From Phycisphaerales bacterium (GTDB lineage: Bacteria; Planctomycetota; Phycisphaerae; Phycisphaerales; UBA1924): a stretch of DNA of 64,000 bases. Position 1 is the stretch's first letter, and each line of letters opens with the position of its first letter. A model generated the notes under the pieces. That model ran no database searches. It saw nothing but the letters and a program-made list of their open reading frames with translations, and was not told the DNA's origin. A program made the translations under genes and the position numbers. The stretch is taken from NCBI GenBank assembly GCA_045105315.1, contig JBGCDI010000003.1, positions 1,709 through 65,708 on the forward strand. The letters are read 5' to 3'. This document shows positions 35,685-46,133 of the stretch, piece after piece.

Positions 35685-36761
35685 TCAGTCGTCAGAGTTC
35701 TCGACTTCTTTACCTTCTTTTTGTGCTTCGAGTTCTTCTTGTTGTTTGCGAAGTTTCTCGTTGTTTGCTTCACGGTTTTTACGAGTATCAATGACTCGTC
35801 CGTCTTTTGTTGTGATGAACCCTTGCATGGTGTCTTTATCGCTGATGTCGACCTTGCGAGAGTGCATGACATTGACGACCTTCACAGCAGGTGAAATATC
35901 AGGATTCTTTCGTTTGGTCCGCATCAAAGTGAGGAGTTCAATTCCCTCATCAACACTGAGCTTGCGGATCGCTGCGTTCATCGCGCGTTGCTGTTCGAGC
36001 TGAACCTCAGGCTCGGTTTCAAGTGGGCTTTGGAGTTTGGCAAGTTCCATCGCTGCAGTTGAAGTGAACCCGAGTTCACCGATTAGATCACCAACTTGCG
36101 AGGTGAGCTCTGCGATCATCGCGCGGTAGGCTTGTCTGGTCTCATGGATCGAATCTTCGAGCACGAACCGCATGATCTCGCTCAACGGATCCTCAGCATC
36201 AAACTGGATCTCGTTGGTGACCGCTTGCTTGTATTCGTTGACGATGTGCTCATTCATGCCCGCTTGGGTGCGGGTCAAAATGCCTCGGTTACGAAGCTCT
36301 TGCGAAAGAGTTGTCCGTCCAACCAAAGGCTTGATCATCTCGGCGATTGATGCCATGTTCTGGATATCTTGGAGATCCATGGTGTCCACGCGACCGTCAG
36401 TTGCGAGCCAGTACAGATCGAGATTGTCGATAGTGATCCGCTCGAAACGAGCACGCCTGCCATACAGAACAGGCATGATTGCTTGAACAGATTTCTGACC
36501 AATGGTCGGGTTCGATCGCAGAGCAAGGATGTCTGGAAGTTCTGAGAGACGAACAACCTTGCCGTTTTCATCCTTTGAAATAAGCTTCGGGTATGGAGTG
36601 GTGGTCGGAAGTGATTCAACCCTGTCCACCCCGCGTTGGGGCTGGGCATTTTGTGGAACTGGCTGCGCCATCGCGCTGCTTCCAAGAGTTCCGATCGCAA
36701 GACCAGCGATCAACAATGTACGGTAAGATGTACGGTTAGTACGGCGTGCATCAAGTTTCAT
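35685..36761 (-). CDS. hypothetical secreted protein with Lys/Glu-rich tail
   Basis: 358 aa. Signal-like LLIAGLAIGTLGSSAMAQ. C-terminal REANNEKLRKQQEELEAQKEGKEVENSDD. No motif recognised. Confidence 0.55.
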   Translation of the reverse strand: MKLDARRTNRTSYRTLLIAGLAIGTLGSSAMAQPVPQNAQPQRGVDRVESLPTTTPYPKLISKDENGKVVRLSELPDILALRSNPTIGQKSVQAIMPVLYGRRARFERITIDNLDLYWLATDGRVDTMDLQDIQNMASIAEMIKPLVGRTTLSQELRNRGILTRTQAGMNEHIVNEYKQAVTNEIQFDAEDPLSEIMRFVLEDSIHETRQAYRAMIAELTSQVGDLIGELGFTSTAAMELAKLQSPLETEPEVQLEQQRAMNAAIRKLSVDEGIELLTLMRTKRKNPDISPAVKVVNVMHSRKVDISDKDTMQGFITTKDGRVIDTRKNREANNEKLRKQQEELEAQKEGKEVENSDD

Positions 36762-37144
36762 ATATAGATCCTCCCGAATCTTTCAAGCTTTCGTTGACAA
36801 TCATCGCAAATACGATCATCGTGTCGTTCATGAACACCAGAGCACAAAGCTCCGCATATCCATCCATTCACCATCCCTGGCCGAGTATCAAATCAGATCT
36901 TGAATCGATCAAAGAGATCATCCAGCTCTGCACATCAAATCATCGGCAACGCAAGGGGTATGCTTCATCCCAATGCAAGGGTCACATACCCAAACGCATA
37001 CAGGCGCCAATTATGACGCGCAAACCATAAAAAACCGCTTAAATCCAGCTTTTTATCCCCAAGATCAACACAATTCCCGGACTAAAATCAACCATACTTA
37101 TACACAAATTACCCACCAACACCATCAAACACCCCGTTTCCAAT

Positions 37145-37717
37145 ATGAATGCGAGATCACCCATGAACGCGCCGCACTCCGCAACCACACTCGCGCAGCA
37201 CATCGCCGACGCATCCCTCCTCCGAGGCGAGTTCACCCTCCGTTCCGGTCGAACAAGTTCCTACTACCTCGATAAATACAAGTTCTCCACCAAACCCGAA
37301 ATCCTCAAACAACTCGGGCCGCTGTTTGACCAAATTATCAACTCGATCGCAACCACGCATGGTTCAATCAATCGCCTGGCCGGCGCTGAGCTTGGAGGGA
37401 TCCCGCTCGTCACCGTCGCGGCGATGGAAACCGGGCTCCCCGCGATCTTCGTCCGAAACGCCAAAAAAGAATACGGCACCGCAAAGCAGGTCGAAGGTGA
37501 TGTCCAAGAAGGTGATGTCGTGATCTTCATCGAAGATGTCGCCACCACCGGTGGTCAAGCACTCGAAGCAGTCGAGATCCTCAAATCACTCGGCGCGACG
37601 GTCCCCGCGATCATCAGCGTAATTGACCGTCAAGAAGGCGCCCGCGAGAACATCGAATCAGCAGGAGTCGAGTTCCACGCACTCTTCACTAAACACGATC
37701 TTGGTGTCCAAGACTAA
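37145..37717 (+). CDS. pyrE: orotate phosphoribosyltransferase
   Basis: 190 aa with FTLRSGRTSSYYLDKYKF and the PRPP loop VVIFIEDVATTGGQ. Confidence 0.9.
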   Translation: MNARSPMNAPHSATTLAQHIADASLLRGEFTLRSGRTSSYYLDKYKFSTKPEILKQLGPLFDQIINSIATTHGSINRLAGAELGGIPLVTVAAMETGLPAIFVRNAKKEYGTAKQVEGDVQEGDVVIFIEDVATTGGQALEAVEILKSLGATVPAIISVIDRQEGARENIESAGVEFHALFTKHDLGVQD

Positions 37718-37749
37718 ACTGCATGATTCAGGATTAACGAGAAGCCAAA

Positions 37750-38697
37750 TCAGTCCCGGCTGGCAAGCTCTTCTTCAATCTTCCGCGCTTCCTCAGCTTG
37801 CACCTCATACCGCTCGCGGTTCATCCGGTGGTCCATCAAGAAGTGAACCTTCTCTGAAAGCTCCTTGCCCGCAGCATCAACAAGCGCCTTGCGCGCCTGT
37901 CCCAGATGCGTCCGCCGAGAAACATGACAGATCACCATGTGCTCGCACTGCGCCACCTTGAGCCATTCCGCGATGTCGTTGACATGCATGTGCATACCGG
38001 TTTTGGCACGCTTGATGTGGTCCGCATCAAAAAAAGTACACTCAGAAATAATCACCTGCGCGTTCATCACATCAGGGCGCAGCAAATGAGCGCCCGGAAG
38101 CGTGTCACCGGTATACGCAACAAGCGGGACCTCAAAGTGGTTCACAATCTCTTCGCCCCGCTGGCGCAGCTCCCGAATCTTCTCCTGAGGCAACCCCACA
38201 AGCTCAGGCTTGAGCTTGGTCCGCTTCTCAATAATCGTGTATCCAGACGATGGGCATGTGTGCTCAGTATGGAACGGGCGAAGCACGATGTTGTTCTTGA
38301 TCTCCAGATCCTCACCATCATCAAGCGTGATGAGTTCATATGGAGTCTGCTGGCGCTCGAGCTTATGGAACCCATCCATCATCGTGCGGACATCACCCTC
38401 GATCCGCTTATCGCACACAATCGTCCCAGGCCCCATCCCCTGAAAGTTCCGCTGAGAACACCAGTACGCCAAACCCCCGATATGGTCCATATGCCCATGC
38501 GAGAGCACGCAGTACTTGGGAGCAAGATGCGCCCGCGGCGCTTTGCCCATATCAAAGCAGACATCCATTTCTGGAATCGAGATCGTCGTCGCTTCGCCAG
38601 CAACTGAATATCCCTGCACACGGAAGGGTGGAAGATACAGAAAGCCCAGTGAGCCCTCACGAGGAGGCGGATGCGGAATCATATCGAAACTCTCCAA
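37750..38697 (-). CDS. MBL-fold metallo-hydrolase (RNase Z-like)
   Basis: 315 aa with HGHMDHIGG (HxHxDH) and downstream His/Asp ligands. Confidence 0.8.
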   Translation of the reverse strand: MESFDMIPHPPPREGSLGFLYLPPFRVQGYSVAGEATTISIPEMDVCFDMGKAPRAHLAPKYCVLSHGHMDHIGGLAYWCSQRNFQGMGPGTIVCDKRIEGDVRTMMDGFHKLERQQTPYELITLDDGEDLEIKNNIVLRPFHTEHTCPSSGYTIIEKRTKLKPELVGLPQEKIRELRQRGEEIVNHFEVPLVAYTGDTLPGAHLLRPDVMNAQVIISECTFFDADHIKRAKTGMHMHVNDIAEWLKVAQCEHMVICHVSRRTHLGQARKALVDAAGKELSEKVHFLMDHRMNRERYEVQAEEARKIEEELASRD

Positions 38698-38765
38698 AGA
38701 CCCACGCTTTGGCGCGGGCGGAAACAGGTGTATATTTCACCCAGTTATCTGGGCGCTGCGTGAGT

Positions 38766-39446
38766 TTAGGCGTGAGATTGATCCTTGGTTTCCGAAGCTG
38801 ATTCAAAGGGAACGGTATGAAAGTTGCCGCATTCAGGGCACCGCAACGATTCAAGGTTCGCACAGAGGTATCCACAATGGATACATAAACCACGGTTTCT
38901 CTTACGAGCATGGCGAATGGATCGATCCATCTCAAACACAAACTTGATGAACAACACCACCAGAGTTGAAAATATTGAAATGGCCGCGAGCCGAAGAATC
39001 GTGTACCCAAGAAGCCTCCATGAAAATCGAGTTTGTGGAGGTTCTCCAGGTCGAAACGGGATCATGTTTGGATCCGCATTGGCATACTGAATCAACGCTT
39101 GATGAGCACGATCAGTTTCCTCATCCGTGAGTAGTTGCTGCCTGGGATAGATGTTGTCCGCTGTACTAAAAATAGACTCTTGTACTGACCACTCGATTAA
39201 TCCTTTGACAGGACCATTATGGATCACTGGTTCGTACACCGCTTGAGCAAACGCAAGTTTAGAGCCTTGGCCATTACCCAAAGCAATCAGGTAATCATCT
39301 GTAGTTAATACAATCACGCCTTGTTCGGTATCAAGGATGTAAATCCAGTTCTGATTTGACAATGGTGTAATATGAAACGGAAGTTGAAGGATACAGATCA
39401 TAGAAAAAATCAATACCCAAACTATCCGAAACCAGCGCTTGGACAT
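38766..39446 (-). CDS. hypothetical two-TM protein with C-terminal zinc-ribbon
   Basis: 226 aa. N-terminal TM, ectodomain, second TM, then CIHCGYLCANLESLRCPECG. GC content is noticeably lower than in the flanks (by eye). Confidence 0.55.
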   Translation of the reverse strand: MSKRWFRIVWVLIFSMICILQLPFHITPLSNQNWIYILDTEQGVIVLTTDDYLIALGNGQGSKLAFAQAVYEPVIHNGPVKGLIEWSVQESIFSTADNIYPRQQLLTDEETDRAHQALIQYANADPNMIPFRPGEPPQTRFSWRLLGYTILRLAAISIFSTLVVLFIKFVFEMDRSIRHARKRNRGLCIHCGYLCANLESLRCPECGNFHTVPFESASETKDQSHA

Positions 39447-39504
39447 AACGAATAATAGGAATCACTTTTTTCTTTGTTTCAAACGCTTCGGCATACCATC
39501 CCCC

Positions 39505-40311
39505 ATGACCGAATCCCCAGAAAACCAAGCTCCAGCAACTACAACCAGCCCCGACCAATCCGCCGGCGCGATCTTCAAACGACTCGGACCCGCTGCGATC
39601 CTCGGCGTGCTCTGGGCCGCGATGCCCGCGGTTGCTGGGATCGTGCTCCTGAGCAATATGAAAACCGCGTCCGACTTCCTCCTCCAAAAAAACGATGAAG
39701 GCGGAGGATCGCTCGCACTCGGAATCGCGATGTACATCGGGATCTTCATCCTCAGTGCTGGGGTCGGGCTCCTCCCAACATACTCCCAAGCCATCCTCGC
39801 AGGATTCGTCTTCGGAATCGGGATCGGGTTCCCCGCAGCCCTCGCTGGGTTCACCGGCGCCTCAATCATCGGATACTTCATTGCCAGGCTCGTCGCCCGC
39901 AAGCGCGTCGAACAAGAACTCCACCTCCACCCCAAAGCAGCAATCGTCCGCGATGCATTCGTCAAGCACGGCTGGTGGCGCGCGATGGGCATCCTCACCC
40001 TCCTCCGCGTCTCGCCCGCATCACCCTTCTCACTCATGAACGGATTGATGTCCGTCTCAGGAGTCAAACTCTTCCCCTATGTGCTCGCCACCGCGGTCGG
40101 AATGGCGCCCAGAACATTCGCAGCGGTCTGGATCGGACACCAAATCACCAGCTGGGACGAATACGACAAACCCAAATGGCTCGTCATCGCTGGAATCGTC
40201 CTGATGGTGGGGGTCCTCATCCTGCTGGGCAAACTCGCCAACGCAGCGATCGAAAAAGCAATCGCAGCAGGTGATCTCCCCCCCGAATCTGACCAACCAG
40301 ATCAGGACTAA
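39505..40311 (+). CDS. TVP38/TMEM64 (DedA-related) family membrane protein
   Basis: The ORF starts at 39439; the Met at 39505 is preferred. FKRLGPAAILGVLWAAMPAVAGIVLL...LLRVSPASPFSLMNGLMSVSGVKLFPY. Confidence 0.75.
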   Translation: MTESPENQAPATTTSPDQSAGAIFKRLGPAAILGVLWAAMPAVAGIVLLSNMKTASDFLLQKNDEGGGSLALGIAMYIGIFILSAGVGLLPTYSQAILAGFVFGIGIGFPAALAGFTGASIIGYFIARLVARKRVEQELHLHPKAAIVRDAFVKHGWWRAMGILTLLRVSPASPFSLMNGLMSVSGVKLFPYVLATAVGMAPRTFAAVWIGHQITSWDEYDKPKWLVIAGIVLMVGVLILLGKLANAAIEKAIAAGDLPPESDQPDQD

Positions 40312-40338
40312 ACAAGATCGAGGGTCTACGATCTGATA

Positions 40339-41544
40339 ATGACCCTTATTGATACACAGTCTCAATTGGAATCTGTTTCCAGCAAGCCTGATTCTGATCA
40401 GCAATCCGGGTCGCGCTCCGCCATCACTTCAAAGACCGTGTCCCTCGATCTGCACACCGATCCTGCTGCAAGCTGTTGCGATGACTCCACATGCGAAGGC
40501 TGCGCAGGACCGGGTTCGTTTGCACAAGCCGCGACGTGCGCGATGGTCGGTGCCTCTTCGCGGTCCAATCAGCCCAAGACCCTCAAATCCCGGTTAATCA
40601 TCCAAAGCTTCTACTGGAGCATCACCTTTATCGCGGCGATTGTCTCGCTTCCCGCGCTGGTCCCGGTCATGAGCGACTCTCTCCGACTCTGGACCCAGTC
40701 GACCATCCTCAACTCCGCGCTCGGCACCGCAATCGCATGGGCCCTCTCAATCCTCTTTGCAATCGGATTCGTCCACAAACTCGGACGCGATCGACTCACC
40801 GGTGGATGCGCCATGATCCGCAGACTCGGTCCCGCTGCCATCCTCGGCGTCGCATGGGCAACCCTCCCAAGCTTCGCAGGTGTCCTGCTGGTCCTGAACA
40901 TGGAACCCATCCGCATTGCCCTCGTTGGTGATGCTGGTTCAAGCATCCAGCTCATGACCGGACTCGGGATCTACACAGTCGCCTTCATCATCCTAGCTGG
41001 ACTCGGATGCCTCCCAACAGTCTCCCAAGCGATCCTCGCTGGGTACACCTTCGGGATCGGTCTCGGACTCCCCGCAGCCCTCATCGGATTCGGCGGAGCA
41101 TCACTCATCGGATACGAGCTCGTCCAACGACTCGCACGCGGACGCGTTGAAACCGAACTCTCGCGCTCATCCAAAATCACCACCGTCCGCGATGCGCTCT
41201 TGACCGCAAGCACCCCTAGAGCGATCCTGATCATCACGCTCCTCCGCGCCTCTCCCAGCGCCCCCTTCGCACTGACGAATCTCATGCTCGGTTGCTTGGG
41301 TGTTTCCCGCAAAGCATTCTTCGTGGGAACAGTCCTCGGCATGTTCCCACGCACGCTCGCAGCCGTCATGATCGGGATTTCCTTCACCGGATGGAACGGG
41401 GGCTTCGATCAACCCCGATGGATCATTATCGCGGGAATGGTCGCGACGATCATGCTCCTGATCGTGATCAGCAAAGTCGCTGCGTCAGCACTCATCAAAG
41501 TCTCACGCAAAGACCACCCCGCAGCCCAGCCCGTCGCTGCCTGA
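40339..41544 (+). CDS. TVP38/TMEM64 family paralog with ~150-aa N-terminal extension
   Basis: IRRLGPAAILGVAWATLPSFAGVLLV...LLRASPSAPFALTNLMLGCLGVSRKAFF is colinear with the upstream gene. The extension contains AASCCDDSTCEGCAGPG. Confidence 0.7.
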   Translation: MTLIDTQSQLESVSSKPDSDQQSGSRSAITSKTVSLDLHTDPAASCCDDSTCEGCAGPGSFAQAATCAMVGASSRSNQPKTLKSRLIIQSFYWSITFIAAIVSLPALVPVMSDSLRLWTQSTILNSALGTAIAWALSILFAIGFVHKLGRDRLTGGCAMIRRLGPAAILGVAWATLPSFAGVLLVLNMEPIRIALVGDAGSSIQLMTGLGIYTVAFIILAGLGCLPTVSQAILAGYTFGIGLGLPAALIGFGGASLIGYELVQRLARGRVETELSRSSKITTVRDALLTASTPRAILIITLLRASPSAPFALTNLMLGCLGVSRKAFFVGTVLGMFPRTLAAVMIGISFTGWNGGFDQPRWIIIAGMVATIMLLIVISKVAASALIKVSRKDHPAAQPVAA

Positions 41545-41555
41545 GTAGATTCCAC

Positions 41556-43160
41556 TCAGATAAACACCGGATCTTTGAGCAAGTTTACAAAGAGAATCAT
41601 AAACACAACAAGCGTTGCGTTGTGCACAAAGTGTGCTGTGATGGGCGCGATGATCGAGCCGCGCCACTGACGCATAAACGCAAACATAAACCCAAGAGCA
41701 ATCAACGGCGCCACCATCAAAGGCCCATACGAATGCATATACGCAAACAACAACGCAGTCAGCAGCGCCGCGAGTATCCAGTGCAATCGTCCACGCATAT
41801 GACGGTACAACGCGCCCCGAAAAATCAACTCCTCGGTAATCGGTGCCCAGATCGTCGCAAGCGTCAAAATCAACAACGCGCCAACAATCCCAGAACCCGC
41901 AAGCATCTCAAGAATCGGATTGGTGGGCATGGGCTCAGGATCACCGCCACCACTGCCAGACCCCATCGAGACAAGCCCTTGCAAAATCATGATCAGGAAA
42001 GTGATCCCGACACCAACCGCATACAACGGAACACTCGCAAGATACGCAAGCACACCGCACCCGATCTCTTTCATCACGCCCTCACCAGAATGCAGCCCGA
42101 TCGCGCGTCTCCAATCCGGTGATTTCATCCCACGCATCAGCGCCCACGCGGGAACCACCATCAGCAACCACTGAAGCGGGAGCGATAAAACCCCAAGCAT
42201 CGGATTCACCTTGCTCGCTAGCAAAAAGACTCCGATCGAAAGCACACCAAACGCAAGCAAGAACACCGCGTAGGTCTCAAGAAACACCGAACCACCCGCG
42301 GCCGGTTTCTCGCACCGCATCACAAGCTTGCCCTCAAACATCCGGACTATCCCGATAATCAAAAGCACAAGCCCAGATAAAAATCCGAATACAAACAGCC
42401 CGATCAATCCAAACATCAACAACGCAATCCATATGAATCCATTGACAATCGGTTGGCGACGAGGATCAGAATCATCAATCCCATGCGTGACCGCTGCCTG
42501 TCCAAGTATCCCATACCGAACCAACAGCTGATCCCTCATAGACTCTTCGATTGAGTCCGGTCCAGTTGAATAAATTGAACCAAGCGAATCAAGTTCATCA
42601 AACACAATACTCAAACGAGAAAGCTCAGCCGACCCTGATTCATCGAGTTCTTCAAGCACGATTCCATCACCCTGGACGACTCTGCCGTTCTCCGATACTT
42701 CAACATCATCAAGCCGGCTCTTGAGTTCGAGCCGAGTGGTTTCGATTAGGCTAAGCGCCGATTCAGCGCCCCCAAACTCCCCGCTCATAATGATCCTGCG
42801 GATCTGATCCTCAGGCTCATACGCAAGTTCAAACTGACTCATGACCATCTCAGAATGCTCAGCAAGCATCGACTTGCCCCGAATGAACATCCGGGCCGGG
42901 AGATCAAACTGCCCAAACATCCCTGGCGCCGAGACCTCAGCACTGATCACCGTTTCTGGGACAGGTTCCCCGATCAGCGCGTACTGTGAGTCCTCAGACA
43001 GGTTCTGCCAAAGAATGATCCCGCTCGCAAAGACCACCGCAGCAATCAAAGCCAAAAACCCACTCAGCAGCGTTCCAGGATCAGAATGGGGTCTTTGGTC
43101 GGAATTTGATAGTGTATTCGATAGATTGTCGTCGACTGAATCATGCATGGGTGTTCTCAT
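41556..43160 (-). CDS. CPBP (CAAX-type) intramembrane glutamic endopeptidase with large N-terminal domain
   Basis: 534 aa with motifs ITEELIFRGALY, FAYMHSYG and AHFVHN near the C-terminus. Confidence 0.75.
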   Translation of the reverse strand: MRTPMHDSVDDNLSNTLSNSDQRPHSDPGTLLSGFLALIAAVVFASGIILWQNLSEDSQYALIGEPVPETVISAEVSAPGMFGQFDLPARMFIRGKSMLAEHSEMVMSQFELAYEPEDQIRRIIMSGEFGGAESALSLIETTRLELKSRLDDVEVSENGRVVQGDGIVLEELDESGSAELSRLSIVFDELDSLGSIYSTGPDSIEESMRDQLLVRYGILGQAAVTHGIDDSDPRRQPIVNGFIWIALLMFGLIGLFVFGFLSGLVLLIIGIVRMFEGKLVMRCEKPAAGGSVFLETYAVFLLAFGVLSIGVFLLASKVNPMLGVLSLPLQWLLMVVPAWALMRGMKSPDWRRAIGLHSGEGVMKEIGCGVLAYLASVPLYAVGVGITFLIMILQGLVSMGSGSGGGDPEPMPTNPILEMLAGSGIVGALLILTLATIWAPITEELIFRGALYRHMRGRLHWILAALLTALLFAYMHSYGPLMVAPLIALGFMFAFMRQWRGSIIAPITAHFVHNATLVVFMILFVNLLKDPVFI

Positions 43161-43488
43161 CGGGCTGATCGATCAAAAAATCAGAATCCTTCTGCGAATC
43201 CTTCCCAGAAAGATACCCGAACCAACCCCCTCAGTTGACGCTTTGAGCACATCAAGCACGAATCAATTTGACCCTGACCCAATACACGCCTAATTTCTTA
43301 GTCCCCAGCGGTTTGCTGCTGGGCATATTTTACAAACATGCTGGTGTGTTCACGCTCATCAGCCCGCCCTGCCCGGTAGGCAGCGTACCAAGCACCCCCT
43401 CACCGAGGAGCGGCTGCCCGTTCGTCGACCCGACTGAACTTCTCGCACCCGCACACACGACGCTGAGCCGTCTGTTTAGGAGATCCAC

Positions 43489-43944
43489 ATGGGAAGCAAG
43501 CCACAACGCCATCACCTACGCCGCCAAACATTCATGGCAAAGAACGGCGATGTCGCCAAACAATGGCGCATCGTTGACGCAACCGATCAATCACTCGGTC
43601 GTCTCGCATCCGACATCGCGACCGTCCTCATGGGCAAGCACCGCCCAGAGTACACCCCCCATGTCGATTGCGGCGATTTCGTCATCGTCACCAACGCGTC
43701 CAAGGTCAAGCTCACCGGTAAGAAAGCAGAGCAAAAGCTCCGCCTCACCTACTCCGGTTACCCAGGTGGTCAGTCCGCTGAATCACTCGGCCACCTCCGT
43801 GATCGTCGATCAGACATCCTCGTCTCCGAAGCTGTCCGTCGCATGCTCCCCAAGAACCGTCTCGGTCGTCAGATGCTCAAGAAGCTCAAGGTCTACGACG
43901 GAGCGGATCACCCGCACGCCGGCGTCAACCCAACCGCCCTCTAA
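43489..43944 (+). CDS. rplM: 50S ribosomal protein L13
   Basis: aggag upstream. RQTFMAKNGDVAKQWRIVDATDQSLGRLASDIATVLMGKHRPEYTPHVDCGDFVIV. Confidence 0.92.
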   Translation: MGSKPQRHHLRRQTFMAKNGDVAKQWRIVDATDQSLGRLASDIATVLMGKHRPEYTPHVDCGDFVIVTNASKVKLTGKKAEQKLRLTYSGYPGGQSAESLGHLRDRRSDILVSEAVRRMLPKNRLGRQMLKKLKVYDGADHPHAGVNPTAL

Positions 43945-44067
43945 ATGCAATCCCCCAACTAGAGCCAACGCTCAAAGTTGACAAACAACACAAACTCACT
44001 GTCCAAAGCGGTCTTGGGTGTACCAAGATTCGTGGATGCGGACAGTTCAAACAAGGAAAGTGAACAC

Positions 44068-44598
44068 ATGGCTGGATACGAAACCACCATCACCAACCCA
44101 GAACTCACCGGCGAATCCGTCGCCGACCAAGGACCCGCAGAGGTCCAAGCACGCGTCCTCCCAGACCCAAAGCCCGCTGACAAGCACGGCTGGTGGTGGG
44201 GAACCGGTCGCCGCAAGCGCGCAGTCGCTCGCGTACGCTTCCGCCCAGCAGCAGACGCTGGCAAAGGCTCCGTGCAAATCCAGATCAACAACAAGAAGTT
44301 CAAATCAATCGAAGAGTACTTCTCAGAAATGCGTGACCGCTCCGACGCAGTCTCACCACTCAAACTCACCGATACCGAAGGCAAACTCGATGTTTTCGTC
44401 CGCACCCACGGCGGCGGATACATGGGCCAAGCCCAAGCAATCCGTCTCGGAATCGCTCGTGCGCTCGTTGGATACGATCCAAACTTCGAGCCCGCACTCC
44501 GTGATGCAGGATACCTGACCCGCGACGCCCGTAAGGTCGAACGCAAGAAGTACGGTCAGCCTGGTGCTCGTCGCCGCTTCCAGTTCTCCAAGCGTTAA
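44068..44598 (+). CDS. rpsI: 30S ribosomal protein S9 (N-terminally extended)
   Basis: The ORF starts at 43978 (TTG); the ATG at 44068 is preferred. [14 protein letters not shown]...[19 protein letters not shown]...[17 protein letters not shown]. Confidence 0.9.
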   Translation: MAGYETTITNPELTGESVADQGPAEVQARVLPDPKPADKHGWWWGTGRRKRAVARVRFRPAADAGKGSVQIQINNKKFKSIEEYFSEMRDRSDAVSPLKLTDTEGKLDVFVRTHGGGYMGQAQAIRLGIARALVGYDPNFEPALRDAGYLTRDARKVERKKYGQPGARRRFQFSKR

Positions 44599-44647
44599 TC
44601 ACGCCCCGGAACAGATACGAACGACTTCACAAAACATATTCACTCAG

Positions 44648-44673
44648 CAGCCCGGTTTCGCCGGGCTGTTTTT
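44648..44673 (+). terminator. rho-independent terminator after rpsI
   Basis: cagcccgg-tttcg-ccgggctg followed by ttttt. Confidence 0.7.
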
Positions 44674-44685
44674 CTATAGTCATCC

Positions 44686-45354
44686 GTGAGCACACGATCA
44701 AAATCACGACGACCCGCATCCCGCTCTGACCGAGTCACGATCGCATTCATCGGCGCGATCATTGCGATTATTCTGCTGACCATCGTGCTCATCTGGAAAC
44801 TCTCAACGCTCAACAACACCCCGTCATGGTGGAGCCAAAGCGAATCCAACACACGCATCACCGAGCAAGCAGGAATCGAACTCGAAAACAGAATCACCAG
44901 CGCCCTCACGCGACTTCGGCCAACAGACCAACAAAGCTGGTCCGCCGCGATCGATCAAGACCAACTCAACAGCTGGCTCACCCACCGATTCGAAGACACC
45001 GTCCGATCCTTCACCGACGACGACTGGATCAATCAAATCAACGACATCCGCGTCAACATCACACCACGCGGACTCACCATCGGCGCACGCTTCACCCACA
45101 CCCACGGCTCATCAATCCTCTGGGCAATCGTCGAACCCGATATCGACACCAACAACAACCTCATCATCAGACCACGCAAACTCTACCTCGGAACCACACG
45201 CATCCCGACCACAATCGTCAGTAACCATCTCCGCTCAAACACACTCGGAAACGCAAAGGTTGATCTGGGAGACGGACGATCAGTCCACATCCAAGGCATC
45301 AGACCCGGAGAACACCGACTCGAGTTCGCGCTCCGCACCCAGATCAACCAGTAA
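44686..45354 (+). CDS. hypothetical membrane-anchored protein
   Basis: 222 aa with a GTG start and one N-terminal TM helix (IAFIGAIIAIILLTIVLIW). No motif recognised. Confidence 0.45.
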   Translation: MSTRSKSRRPASRSDRVTIAFIGAIIAIILLTIVLIWKLSTLNNTPSWWSQSESNTRITEQAGIELENRITSALTRLRPTDQQSWSAAIDQDQLNSWLTHRFEDTVRSFTDDDWINQINDIRVNITPRGLTIGARFTHTHGSSILWAIVEPDIDTNNNLIIRPRKLYLGTTRIPTTIVSNHLRSNTLGNAKVDLGDGRSVHIQGIRPGEHRLEFALRTQINQ

Positions 45355-45378
45355 CTCACATCCGATCACCATCTCCCA

Positions 45379-45966
45379 TCAATGACTCATTTTTTTCACA
45401 AGCTTGCGCGCAACCGGAGTCTGGATCGTTCTGATCGTGTCCGCATGATTCACAAACGCTGCTTTGAACGAATCATCCTTCTTCATGACATGCTCAATAG
45501 ATTCAATAATCGACCGCGTCCCGTTCTGTAACGAACGAGATCGGACAACCGACGCAACCAACGCTGCGCCAAGAACAAGCGGAGCCTGCAACGGCGCAGG
45601 AACAAAGGGCGAAACAGAATCTGCAGCGATCGTCAGCGGATCACTCGGATTCCGCGCCTCACCAATCACCTGATCCGCATGCACAATCGCTGCATCAACA
45701 ACAGACAACTTCACACGAATTTGCGAAATCAACGAATCGATCGAAGCGCCTTCCGCGCTCCCATCTGGAATCGATTCGCGCATCAATGACAACTCGTCAA
45801 GCTCTTGATTCAGACCGCTTTGAATCTCGCTCGCTTGATCCCGCACAGATTCAAGCTGATCAATCGACTCGCCCACACCCGCGCACCCGCTCGTCGCAAA
45901 TACACTGACCACCAACCAAACCATCACGCACAACATGAATACACACTTAAAAACACGATTCTTCAT
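45379..45966 (-). CDS. hypothetical lipoprotein
   Basis: 195 aa. Signal plus lipobox (VSVFATSGCAG). Helical, Ser/Asp-rich. Confidence 0.5.
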   Translation of the reverse strand: MKNRVFKCVFMLCVMVWLVVSVFATSGCAGVGESIDQLESVRDQASEIQSGLNQELDELSLMRESIPDGSAEGASIDSLISQIRVKLSVVDAAIVHADQVIGEARNPSDPLTIAADSVSPFVPAPLQAPLVLGAALVASVVRSRSLQNGTRSIIESIEHVMKKDDSFKAAFVNHADTIRTIQTPVARKLVKKMSH

Positions 45967-46133
45967 CGGTACTTACCCCACGCTCAAAACACAGCACACC
46001 CGCATCGAGCGCAAGATGCAAAGCGAGCACGGGATTCAAATCAAAGAAAGTGGGGGGACTGAATTATACCAGATAAATCAATGCGCCTGCACACCAACGC
46101 GTCAACGCAGCCGATAAATGCGCACAAAACAAG

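Noticed and set aside
37053-37061. Isolated DnaA-box-like ttatcccca upstream of pyrE
   Set aside because: A single 1-mismatch 9-mer is expected by chance in 64 kb. It is not clustered with other boxes or with an AT-rich element.
41292-42122. 276-aa + strand ORF antisense to the CPBP protease gene
   Set aside because: It is extremely Arg/His/Gln/Pro-rich and not protein-like. The opposite strand encodes conserved CPBP motifs (EELIFRG, HFVHN). It is a shadow ORF.
43268-43981. 237-aa + strand ORF spanning the rplM region in another frame
   Set aside because: It is Ser/Pro/Thr-rich with no motif. The L13 frame (43489..43944) is unambiguous and has an aggag SD.
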